The notes beneath the pieces were generated by a model. That model searched no databases, had not been told where the DNA came from, and saw nothing but the letters and a program-made list of their open reading frames with translations. A DNA stretch of 64,000 nt from Candidatus Poribacteria bacterium (GTDB taxonomy: Bacteria > Poribacteria > WGA-4E > PCPOR2b), in the NCBI GenBank assembly GCA_965208325.1, contig OZ242326.1:1216001-1280000 (forward strand), in the 5' to 3' direction. Positions 31,445 to 40,454 of this stretch are shown one piece after another (positions within the stretch are counted from its first letter, which is position 1; the number at the start of each line of letters is the position of its first letter). The translations under genes and the position numbers were made by a program.

Positions 31445-32217
31445 ATGAAAGCGCTGACTAGCACAATCTGCTTTATCGCGGCAATCACCGCCCACGCGTC
31501 TAACGATTTGGTGGTCGGCGTCTGGCTTTTCAACGAGGGCAAAGGTTGGTACACCTACAACGAAGCGGGCATGCGTTCATCAGTTTTAGGAGATCGGTCA
31601 TGGGCAGACGGCAGGTTTGGGAAATGCTTGGATTTTAGCACAAACCAGCTGTCAAGGATCAGGGATTTGCCTCATCAAATGCCAACAGAGGAAATAACGG
31701 TTACGGCCTGGACAAAGATTATTGACTTTCGTAACGCACGACTATTCGACTCCACGCCAGACTTCGACAATCCAAATTGGACTATCGGCGTGTTATTGCC
31801 TTGGGACGACAGTGTACGGTGGCGGTTCGGATCGCCATTCGTTGAATTGGCTGCCGAATTGGATAGTCAGGTCAAAGATGTCTGGCGGCACTGGGCGTTT
31901 TGCATAGCAGGCGCGGCAATCTAATGTCAATCTATCTTGATGGCGAATTGTTTGCATCGTTGAATAAATCGACAACATACGTCCCGCCTGAAGATACCCC
32001 TAGTCTCGTAATTGGCGGGCCGGATAGGTTTCACGGGCTTATTGACGAGTTTGCGATATTCAACATCCCGCTCGCCGAACGCGACATCCGCTCCGTCATG
32101 ACCCGTGGGCTTGCAACCGTACTCGCCGTCGCCCCTAATCACAAACTCGCAACTTCATGGGGAAATATCAAAAACGGCTTAATCTCACGTAACAATATAA
32201 TACAGGACACACGTTGA
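31445..32217 (+). pseudogene. LamG/concanavalin-like jellyroll exported protein, frameshifted near 31900
   Basis: Frame A gives signal peptide, VGVWLFNEGKG, GRFGKCLDF, ITVTAW, WRHWAF. Frame B continues SIYLDG, GLIDEFAIFN and KLATSWGNIK. One base is missing at TTTT 31898-31901. Confidence 0.8.
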
Positions 32218-32240
32218 ATATTTTACTTCTTCCCGGTTCG

Positions 32241-32318
32241 GTAACCACCATCTCCGAATCGCGGCACATACTCCCTTGTTCATTGCCCGTCATTCAATCA
32301 CACTAATCACGATTCAAA
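32241..32318 (+). repeat. Degenerate REP-like repeat family A copy
   Basis: ATCTCCGAATCGCGGCACATACTCCC...TCATTCAATCACACTAATCACGATTCA. Confidence 0.7.
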
Positions 32319-32413
32319 CAACCGCACAACGCGACGTGCTTTAGGCAAAATGGTATAACCACTCGCCACAGGCCGCTTTTTACTGTTTATTGTGCAAACC
32401 ATTGTAGATTTTC

Positions 32414-32443
32414 TTGACAAGCAAAATAACTATTCCGTATAAT
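32414..32443 (+). promoter_or_regulatory. Consensus sigma70 promoter
   Basis: Perfect TTGACA-N18-TATAAT. Confidence 0.75.
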
Positions 32444-32491
32444 TTTACAAGATTCCGGACTGTTTGATTTAAAATTCTAAAATGTATCTAC

Positions 32492-32534
32492 AGCGAGGCG
32501 AGGGCGCTGTACAACGTCCACCCTCGCTTTTTTT
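32492..32534 (+). terminator. Intrinsic terminator about 50 nt downstream of the promoter
   Basis: GCGAGG(G) / CCCTCGC GC-rich stem followed by T7. Confidence 0.7.
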
Positions 32535-33168
32535 GTATGAGCGTAAATCGGTATTTTTCGTCCAACGAATCTGGAATGGCAACTAGCACCGCAGCATTTA
32601 ATCAGAACTTAATTCGGGCGTGCAACCTGATGAATGCGAAGTGTCCGAAAATTGAAACCTCGATTTAGGACACAAAAGGGCACAAAAGGACACTTTTCGG
32701 CATGTCGAGACCGTCGCATTGCGCAGGGCGCCGGACGTGCCGCGGATCCAGTGTCTGAGCGGGATTTCAAGCATTCTTCAGATGCGCAAATCAATTGAAG
32801 TCTCGCGTATGGAAGGGAGTGTCCACGGGGACACAATCGCGCTAGTGGGGACACCTTTGCCGACCGCAATATTTTGATATTTTCAAAAAACGGTGAATCG
32901 CCCAAATCATGAAAACTGGCGACATTATAATAACCTTTGATTTTTGGTTGCAAAATAAGAACGCCAAATGTCACTGAAGATGGCTGCATAACGGTTCCAT
33001 TCGCATTATCTTCGCTCGAGTGCTGCGATTAAGTATCTTTACACCATTGCATTCTTCCCTCCTTCTCAAAATCACATCCAAAAAAATCCCGCAATTCAAA
33101 AAAGTGCGAATAAATTCCAAGAAATTTGACTCTATTAGAGCATAGAGATACCTCTCTGTTTTAATGGA

Positions 33169-33723
33169 ATGAAAATGGAAATTTCCGACGAAATCTTAGT
33201 GCGGCACGCACAACATGGGGCTGAACACGCCTTTCGGCAATTAGTCCAGCGGTACAACGAGCGAATCTTCAATGTCTGCTTTCGGATTGTTGGAAACCAT
33301 CAGGACGCCGAGGAAGCCGCGATGGACGCATTCTTGGCATGTTACCAAGGCCTCGCTAGCTTTGAAGGCCGCTCCCGTTTTTCGACCTGGCTCTATCAGA
33401 TTGCCCGGCGTTGTGCCTACAAAAAGTTACGCAAATGCCCTCCGGAATGTGAACCGATTGACGAACTTGAAATTTCTGAGGACCGCTTAGCGGCGCAGCC
33501 AGAGAAAAATCTGCAGGAGCACGAGATTCGAGAAAGGGTTGAGAGGGCGATGGCAGCACTCCCCGATCACTTGAAAGAAATCGTAATCTTCTACTTTCTA
33601 GAGGGGCTTTCTTACCGCGAGATTTCGGAAATTCTTGAGTGCTCAATCGGAACCGTTGCTTCGCGGATTAACGCCGCACGTCAACTGTTGCAACGAAAAA
33701 TTCAACCCTACATTGAGGAGTGA
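33169..33723 (+). CDS. ECF RNA polymerase sigma factor
   Basis: AFRQLVQRY, DAEEA, FSTWLYQIA, GLSYREISEILECSIGTVASRI. Confidence 0.95.
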   Translation: MKMEISDEILVRHAQHGAEHAFRQLVQRYNERIFNVCFRIVGNHQDAEEAAMDAFLACYQGLASFEGRSRFSTWLYQIARRCAYKKLRKCPPECEPIDELEISEDRLAAQPEKNLQEHEIRERVERAMAALPDHLKEIVIFYFLEGLSYREISEILECSIGTVASRINAARQLLQRKIQPYIEE

Positions 33724-33727
33724 TACC

Positions 33728-34021
33728 GTGGCGAATTTAGACCAGATACTCATGCGCCTGCCCCGAAAAATTCCGGATGCCGGTTTTGTGGATAGGCTCT
33801 TCGCGCAGATTCGCGGTACAGGTTTCTCAACGCCTGCACAGTCAATAACCCATCTAGATTTTATTCTACTTGATCCCGACTGTATCGAGTCAACCAGACC
33901 GGCAATGCCGGGAGGTAAAGAATTAAAGCAGGCCGAGTCCATTTTTTCTCCACCGCCGGTAAAACAGAAAGCGTCCTCTCCCGACATCTCCCGGTTCGCT
34001 ACATTAAATCATCGGTCTTAA
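33728..34021 (+). CDS. Small hypothetical protein, anti-sigma-like N-terminus
   Basis: GTG 4 nt after the sigma stop with GAGGAG upstream; LPRKIPDAGFVDRLF resembles the P..F..R. segment of anti-sigma domains. Confidence 0.45.
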   Translation: MANLDQILMRLPRKIPDAGFVDRLFAQIRGTGFSTPAQSITHLDFILLDPDCIESTRPAMPGGKELKQAESIFSPPPVKQKASSPDISRFATLNHRS

Positions 34022-34053
34022 ACCGTTCCAGTTCATACAAGGAGAAACATACC

Positions 34054-36204
34054 ATGATTTTGACGGATGTACCGATTATCCGCTGCGACGGAATCTTTGA
34101 CATCATTTTCTATGATATCAAAGGAGAACTTTTTCCTGAAGACCACCATTTGGCTTGCCAGGTTGATGTAACCATCCGCGGTCTGATGAAGACGCTGGAC
34201 AAGGTGACATTCGCCTTGCATCCAACGCTAGAAGTTACAGAGGTGAAAGCGGCGGGCGAGGCGTTGGCTTCCGACCGGGCTACCAAAAATATCGATCAAC
34301 ACGGCGACGGAAGCGTCCTTAACATTTATCTAAAACGGCCATTGCAGCATGACGGTGAACTCACAATTACAATCAACTACCACGGTGAATTCATCGCTGG
34401 AGTGGAATCGCGCTACGACGGATACATCGGCGAAGAGGGGGTCTTCATCAGCCCTCACGCCGGATGGTATCCATACTGTGTTTATGCCGCTGTGCCGAAC
34501 TATTTCCCTGATGTTCCCTACCTCTTGGAGATGCGCGCCCCATCGGGGTGGACGCTATTTTTATATCCAGGCGACCCGCAGGTGACAGAGCAGAATGGCA
34601 AGGTGACATACAGTTGGGATTCCCGTCAGCCGCACCGGCGGCCGAGGGCGAATTGGGGAATAACAGTCATCGGCGGGAAATATCATAAAATTGAGCGAAA
34701 AATCGACAATCACAAACTGACGTTTTTCAGCCTCGATCAAGACGGCACAGCCGTTGATAAAATCCTTAACTCGTTGACCGAATGGTTAGGATGGACGGAT
34801 AATATTGGCGGCACGGCTTCTGTGACGCGCCACATTCAACTGGGAGAGTCGGCGCACTTTTTCCAACCCAACCGCGCAATGCCGAACATAACATTTTTTT
34901 CGCGGCATCTGATTGAGAACTACCCCCGAAAATGGTTGACCAGGGAATGGTTCGCGAGAGAAGAGATTTTGCAGCACTGGGGGGTATTATCCGGCACCGA
35001 TTTGGGAGGTCTATGGATGCTCGGAAATTATATCCTCGTCCTGTTTCAGGCGAGTCGAGAGGATACGCCGGAAGGCTGGTTGGCAGCGGACTTGGAAAAA
35101 CGCTTGCGTATGTATCTATGGTGGCGAATTAGGAATCCATGGCTCGGACACAGCGAGCATCTATTTGGCACCCGAGATTATTGGATATTGTGGATGTGGA
35201 ATCAAATCATTGGGGATGATGCGTTTTTTCGCTCCCTCGCTCGATTGAGTACCGGACCTCTGCCGCAAGACCGCCCCTTCACAATGAAAGATTTCTACCA
35301 AATGACCAGCGACGAATCAGGTATTCCGTATGATTGGTTTTGGGAGCAGTGGGTCGAAGGGGTTGGTGCAATGCAGTTTTGGTTCGAGAAAACAGCCGTC
35401 AAAGCGGACGATGACGGCTATTCTGTAGAGGTATGGCTCGATCAGACAGGAGAACTGTATCAGGTGCCGCTTGTAGTGCTATTGCGAACCGAAACAGAGG
35501 AAATACGACGAAAAATCTTTATTCGAGAGCGGATGAATCACCTTGTGTTTCGATGCCGCGGGAAGCCTTTGGAATTAGAAATCGATCCGGAGAGGAAGGT
35601 TTTCAAATCCTCAACGGTGAATAGGTGCAAACCCATCGACCTCGGGTTTTCGTTTCCATTCGGAGAGGATAGATGGTCGGAGGCGTTCCGCCACGGAAAG
35701 CGGCTAGTGATTGCGCCATCGGAATTGACATCTGTTGCCGAAGGGCTGTGCCCGTATCTCGAAAAGCGAGCAAGCTATTCGTCCCAGACCGTCAGTGCTG
35801 ACCCGAACTTCGATCGCAGCCAGCGGTTTACGGTTCCTGTAGAAATCCTCACGCCTGACAAAGTCAATGCTGAGATGTTAAGGTCGCATAATCTTGTATT
35901 AGTTGGCAACCCGCAGAATAATCCACTCATTAAAGATTATGGGCTAGACTCGCTTAGTTTCGGCGCGGACCGACTCGCCGCGGGAGAAGTCGTAATTGGC
36001 AGCACCGATCAAGCCTTAATCGTCCTTGGAGAACATCCGATGAACCCGGAACGTTTCTGTTTGCACGTGACGGGTTTGTCCAATGAAGCCATGCAAGAAC
36101 CGCCCGACTTCACAGAGTTGCCGGGCGATTTCCTCATTTATCGAAACGGAAACGCATTGAAGGTAGGCTATCAGAATCCGTACCGGCTGAAGTGTAAGTT
36201 CTAA
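34054..36204 (+). CDS. M1 aminopeptidase-like protein with degenerate zinc site
   Basis: AAGGAG RBS. M1-like features: LTITINYHG, GWYP, IIGDDAFFRSL, WFWEQWV, EIDPE. HEXXH is replaced by REEILQHWG. Confidence 0.65.
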   Translation: MILTDVPIIRCDGIFDIIFYDIKGELFPEDHHLACQVDVTIRGLMKTLDKVTFALHPTLEVTEVKAAGEALASDRATKNIDQHGDGSVLNIYLKRPLQHDGELTITINYHGEFIAGVESRYDGYIGEEGVFISPHAGWYPYCVYAAVPNYFPDVPYLLEMRAPSGWTLFLYPGDPQVTEQNGKVTYSWDSRQPHRRPRANWGITVIGGKYHKIERKIDNHKLTFFSLDQDGTAVDKILNSLTEWLGWTDNIGGTASVTRHIQLGESAHFFQPNRAMPNITFFSRHLIENYPRKWLTREWFAREEILQHWGVLSGTDLGGLWMLGNYILVLFQASREDTPEGWLAADLEKRLRMYLWWRIRNPWLGHSEHLFGTRDYWILWMWNQIIGDDAFFRSLARLSTGPLPQDRPFTMKDFYQMTSDESGIPYDWFWEQWVEGVGAMQFWFEKTAVKADDDGYSVEVWLDQTGELYQVPLVVLLRTETEEIRRKIFIRERMNHLVFRCRGKPLELEIDPERKVFKSSTVNRCKPIDLGFSFPFGEDRWSEAFRHGKRLVIAPSELTSVAEGLCPYLEKRASYSSQTVSADPNFDRSQRFTVPVEILTPDKVNAEMLRSHNLVLVGNPQNNPLIKDYGLDSLSFGADRLAAGEVVIGSTDQALIVLGEHPMNPERFCLHVTGLSNEAMQEPPDFTELPGDFLIYRNGNALKVGYQNPYRLKCKF

Positions 36205-36414
36205 CTAGGAAAATAGATCCTGAGGACGAAAGTATTAACGGATTTGCAATGCTTAGCTCTTGTAGGTTGGGGAGTTTGCTAGGACGGGAATGATGCTGGT
36301 GACCGATTCTTATTCAACAGCTCGCCAGAGTGCATCGGATTAATCCTCCCCCTTACTGAGGGGGAGCTAGAGGCGGCCATTGACATACCGTCGAGAATTG
36401 GAATTCAACGCGCC

Positions 36415-36492
36415 GTAGGCGCCATGTCCGCATTTCGACACGTACTCCCTCAATCATAGCCCATCAGTTAATCACACAAATCACAGTTCAGG
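36415..36492 (+). repeat. Degenerate REP-like repeat family A copy
   Basis: GTAGGCGCCATGTCCGCATTTCGACACGTACTCCCTCAATCA...AATCACACAAATCACAGTTCAG. Confidence 0.7.
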
Positions 36493-36540
36493 CAATCTCT
36501 ACGAATGTCCCCAGCCTATTTTGCGTGGCAGGTTACTCCA

Positions 36541-37308
36541 TCAAACCGTAACGTTGCACCTATCAAACGCTGCTTTCATTGAATGGAAGGCATCGCCTTT
36601 CGGACTGAACTCATGGCCCACATAGAGATTGTATCCGGTTTCCGCAATCGCGCGCGCAACCCCCGGATAGTAAATCTCCTGTGCGTCGTCAAGGTCTTTA
36701 CGCCCCGGATTCCCCGCTGTATGAAAATGTCCGATATACTCAATGTTGTCCCGAATCGTGCGGATGAGATCCCCCTCCATAATCTGCATGTGGTAGATGT
36801 CGTAAAGCAATTTAACCCGGGGCGAATTTGCGCCTTTACAAACCGACACACCCCACGCGGTACTGTCGGACTGAACGTCTGGATGATCTACTTTGCTGTT
36901 AAGCAACTCGAGGCAAAGGTTGACGCCTTTTTCCTCCGCCGATTTTACAACGCGCAGCAGCCCCTCAATGGTATTATCCCGACCCTCTTCGTCCGATTTC
37001 CCCTCTCGGTTGCCTGGCAAACAGATGAGTCCGGGGATGTCATTAGCAGCGGCGAGCTCAATATTCGCCAGCAATTCCTGCTCAATCCGATTGTGATTTT
37101 CGCGTTTATTCAGTCCGTCGGGGAGCGATTTATGTCCAACGATTATGGCAACACGCATTCCATGCTCCCAAACAAGATCCCAGTGTTCTTGACCAAGCAT
37201 CTCGACGGACTTATATCCGATTTTTGCTGCCTCGCGAATCACCTGTTCCGGCGTCGCACCGCCGCGCGAGAAACAGCTGAAAACGATGGACTGTTTGATT
37301 GAATTCAT
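36541..37308 (-). CDS. Hydroxypyruvate isomerase family TIM-barrel protein
   Basis: ELLNSKVDH, LLYDIYHMQIMEGD, HFHTAGNPGR, GHEF. Confidence 0.9.
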   Translation of the reverse strand: MNSIKQSIVFSCFSRGGATPEQVIREAAKIGYKSVEMLGQEHWDLVWEHGMRVAIIVGHKSLPDGLNKRENHNRIEQELLANIELAAANDIPGLICLPGNREGKSDEEGRDNTIEGLLRVVKSAEEKGVNLCLELLNSKVDHPDVQSDSTAWGVSVCKGANSPRVKLLYDIYHMQIMEGDLIRTIRDNIEYIGHFHTAGNPGRKDLDDAQEIYYPGVARAIAETGYNLYVGHEFSPKGDAFHSMKAAFDRCNVTV

Positions 37309-37408
37309 GAATGCTCCTTTCAGTTACGGTAACAGTTGCAGACGCCTAGAGATTTTCACGCAAATAACGGCGGTTTAACTTTACGCCGGAGAGAAACCGA
37401 ATGTTGGC

Positions 37409-38566
37409 TTATCTGTCCTCAACCGGAATAATCGTATCGGTGATTGCGCCGATTAACCCCTGATCGTTCCATCCGACCGGCCCCGTTCCAACGCGTGCGA
37501 CGACCAGATCGAGCGAAGGTATAACATAGCAATTATTCGCGTTGTAACCCCTTAACGCAAAGGCATCCCTCGGCAAACCCGCCATCATGGGTAGATTCGG
37601 CCAACCTGTCCCCTCGCTATTCACCCACCACGTGTAGCCATAGTCGGGATTCATTGATTGAGAGGTTTTGGTGGCGAGTTCCATCCACCACGCAGGGATG
37701 AGTTGCTGCCCGTCCCACATCCCGTTGTGGAGCGCAAGATAACCGAAACGCGCCAACTCTCGCGACGAAATATAAATTCCGCTATCCCCGTTCGTGTGAG
37801 GTCCGATGAACCCGCGGCCGCCCAGTAAATTCCAACTCAATTCTTCTATGCCGATCGGCGTAAAGACTCGGTCCTGCATGTAATCTCTCATTTCGACGCC
37901 CATAATGTTAGCAAACGCCAGCGAAAGATGCTGCAACCCGAGGTCGCTGTATTCCCAATGCGTCCCTGGATCGGCCGCCAATGCATCTGCCCAATAACCG
38001 TGTCGATTCGGGCATCTCCCAAGCACGTGTTCAAAAGCGCCCTGCCCCGTTTCCATCGGCATGCCGACGCAGCCTGAAGAATGTCCGGCTACTCCTGAAG
38101 TCATAGTAAGCAAATGTCGTATCGTGATATGCTCTTTGCGGGAATCGGTAAGCGGATACCCGTCGGGGATGAACGGGTATGCCGGGCTATCTAGCTCCAC
38201 TTTCCCCCCGTTCGGCAATTCGCTTCGGCGGCTAGCCTCAAGCAAAAGCCCCCACGCCGTACCCGTGAAGGACTTGGTCCCCGACCAAATGTTGAAGCGC
38301 GTGGGAATTGGGATATTGAAAGTGTGATACTCACGGACTAGATAGCCGTGCCGAATGATTACTACCGACCACTGGTCGCCGCCGTAATGAAAGGCTTGGC
38401 TCTGGAGAACGAGATCGAGTTTGTCCGGGTCGATGCCCGCCGCATCGCGAACCTGATCAGCATCTTCGGCGTAACGCCATTCGCCCATTGACTCCGGAGG
38501 GGGATAATAGCGGTCGACATCGCGTGACGGGATTAACAAGCCCGAACCTTCTGCTTGGATGGACAT
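37409..38566 (-). CDS. Serine hydrolase (class C beta-lactamase-like family)
   Basis: SGTK (SxxK), ITIRHLLTMTSG, PGTHWEYSD, LARFGYL, YGYTWW. Confidence 0.9.
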   Translation of the reverse strand: MSIQAEGSGLLIPSRDVDRYYPPPESMGEWRYAEDADQVRDAAGIDPDKLDLVLQSQAFHYGGDQWSVVIIRHGYLVREYHTFNIPIPTRFNIWSGTKSFTGTAWGLLLEASRRSELPNGGKVELDSPAYPFIPDGYPLTDSRKEHITIRHLLTMTSGVAGHSSGCVGMPMETGQGAFEHVLGRCPNRHGYWADALAADPGTHWEYSDLGLQHLSLAFANIMGVEMRDYMQDRVFTPIGIEELSWNLLGGRGFIGPHTNGDSGIYISSRELARFGYLALHNGMWDGQQLIPAWWMELATKTSQSMNPDYGYTWWVNSEGTGWPNLPMMAGLPRDAFALRGYNANNCYVIPSLDLVVARVGTGPVGWNDQGLIGAITDTIIPVEDR

Positions 38567-38943
38567 CTAAACCTCCTTAAACCGCTGCGGGCGACTTATG
38601 AAAACGCCTCTCGGCATCCAACCGAACCGCCAAAGTACGTCCACCGCGTTTATGCCGATGTAGGCGTTCATCCGACCAAGGAAGCGCCATTATATCAGTC
38701 GTTTCTTTTCGCTGTCAACCGTTTTCCACAGGGTAGCGTAATGAAGGTTGGGTCACTATTTCAGGAGCATACGCCGTGCAAGTCGTCGAGATTGAAAATG
38801 CCCTTACACGGCTTGCATTGTGCGAAGCAGCAGAGACTGTCGGCTTGCCGACAACCGATTAAAATTTGCGCAAACCTGGTACACATGGCCGCCAACACAT
38901 CGGCCCGGCCATTACGCGCCACGCCGCCATTCACGCAATCTAC

Positions 38944-38972
38944 TTGACACAGATTCTACCAACAAGTAAAAT
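38944..38972 (+). promoter_or_regulatory. Putative sigma70 promoter
   Basis: TTGACA-N17-TAAAAT about 190 nt upstream of 39166. Confidence 0.65.
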
Positions 38973-39165
38973 ATCTGACATCCACGGTGCGATTCAACGC
39001 GTGTTGCTTGTTGAGCAAGGGCTTCTGTCAGATTTCAAACTAGGCAAATGTGGTTAATGGGTCAAAAACGATGGAATGCCTTCAAGTTAATTATCAGATT
39101 CTGTACCGATGGATTAAGTCTGCCCAAGCGTCACCTAAACCACCGCAAGGAGGTACACACAAACT

Positions 39166-40419
39166 ATGAACGCCTTTAGTGCTTGCTTAAATCCCGTCTC
39201 AAAGATAAACAGGTACGCAGCAATAATGTTTTTGTTGGCAACTGTGCCCGTACTGGATGGCATCGCTGCATCAAAGCGAGTTGCGGTCTTACATTTTGAA
39301 GACCACAGCCGATTCGATTCCGCCACCGGTTGCGGCTGCATCCCAAATCCATTTGGGATATTTGGCACTGGTAAGGGTCGAACAAAGTGGAATTTGAAAG
39401 AAGGATTCCCATATCTTTTGAACCGCAAACTTAAACAGACTCAAGTGTACGAACCGGTTTCCAATGCGGAAATCAAAGATGCCATGGCGGAATTAGGATT
39501 ATCTCGAAAAGACGTTCGGTCAAAGGCTGAGAAGCGGTCACAGTTGGCGAAAGCGTTAAACTTGGATGCTTTTATTGTGGGGGACATACGGAAGTTCAAA
39601 CAAGAGAGAGCCAAGGCAACGCGTTTTCAGACACTTAAAGGGGCAGCAGGAAGCGGGTTTAATATGGCTGCGGGGTTCGTCGGCGGCGCACAACTTGTAG
39701 GATATTATTATAGCGCTACCGTTCACCTGAAAATGAAATTCTACGGCAGTTCCGGAGATGAAATCACAACGCGCAAAATTGCTGCGACCAAAAGGCACCA
39801 ACTTGGCGGCGCAAAGATTGCCGCCTTAGAAGCGGTTGTTAGCGAACAGGGAACGGAGTTTCAACTTGGGCAGATGCCGAATCCCGATAAAAAACCCCGC
39901 CCAATCGTTAGCTACATGAAGCTGAACCAGATAAAATTTCCCAGCCCAGAATACGATAGGACCTTATTCGGGCTTGCCACTGACGAGGCATTAACGAAGG
40001 TGGTGCTGGCCCTCGGCGATACCATCGGTCCCGAATTCGTCATGCCGGGAACCACGCCTTCACAGGAAGAGGGTTCAAAGGAAATCGCCTCGGGTAAACA
40101 CCACGGTCCTCTTAAAGCAGATGTCATTTATGTCAATCCGGACGATCCCGAAGATGCCTATATTAACGCTGGCTCGTCCAAGGGTGTTTTGGTGATGCAG
40201 CAACTAGCGGTTTATACGGAGGGCGAGGCGTTAATTGATCCAAACACTAAAGAAATACTTGGCAATGTCCCCAAAATGATTGGTAAAGTCGAGGTTGTTG
40301 AAATCAAAACCGACCGTCTCTCCCGAGTCCGAATCATCGAAGGTTCGGGCACAATTAAGAAAGGGGATAAAGTCGAACGGACACAGCCCTCACCATCGGA
40401 GACCCAGACAGCGAATTAG
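39166..40419 (+). CDS. Exported CsgG-like / FlgT-C-like domain protein
   Basis: AGGAGG RBS, signal peptide, KRVAVLHFED, IVGDIRKF, C-terminal YINAGSSKG...LIDPNTKEILG...IKKGD. Confidence 0.6.
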   Translation: MNAFSACLNPVSKINRYAAIMFLLATVPVLDGIAASKRVAVLHFEDHSRFDSATGCGCIPNPFGIFGTGKGRTKWNLKEGFPYLLNRKLKQTQVYEPVSNAEIKDAMAELGLSRKDVRSKAEKRSQLAKALNLDAFIVGDIRKFKQERAKATRFQTLKGAAGSGFNMAAGFVGGAQLVGYYYSATVHLKMKFYGSSGDEITTRKIAATKRHQLGGAKIAALEAVVSEQGTEFQLGQMPNPDKKPRPIVSYMKLNQIKFPSPEYDRTLFGLATDEALTKVVLALGDTIGPEFVMPGTTPSQEEGSKEIASGKHHGPLKADVIYVNPDDPEDAYINAGSSKGVLVMQQLAVYTEGEALIDPNTKEILGNVPKMIGKVEVVEIKTDRLSRVRIIEGSGTIKKGDKVERTQPSPSETQTAN

Positions 40420-40454
40420 GGCTAGCATTCGCGGCGAAGCTGCCGGAGGATAAG

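Noticed and set aside
32482..32586. 34-aa ORF (MYLQRGEG...) as a leader peptide
   Set aside because: No RBS, no run of regulatory codons, and it reads through the terminator.
32609..32989. 126-aa minus-strand ORF in the long intergenic region
   Set aside because: No recognisable motif or RBS; overlaps the phased DNA boxes.
36583..37302. 239-aa plus-strand ORF
   Set aside because: Antisense to the well-supported hydroxypyruvate isomerase family gene.
37409..38566. Beta-lactam resistance gene
   Set aside because: Only generic serine hydrolase motifs; YSD instead of YxN and no signal peptide.
38555..39057. Two short ORFs between divergent genes
   Set aside because: No motifs; they overlap promoter-like sequence.
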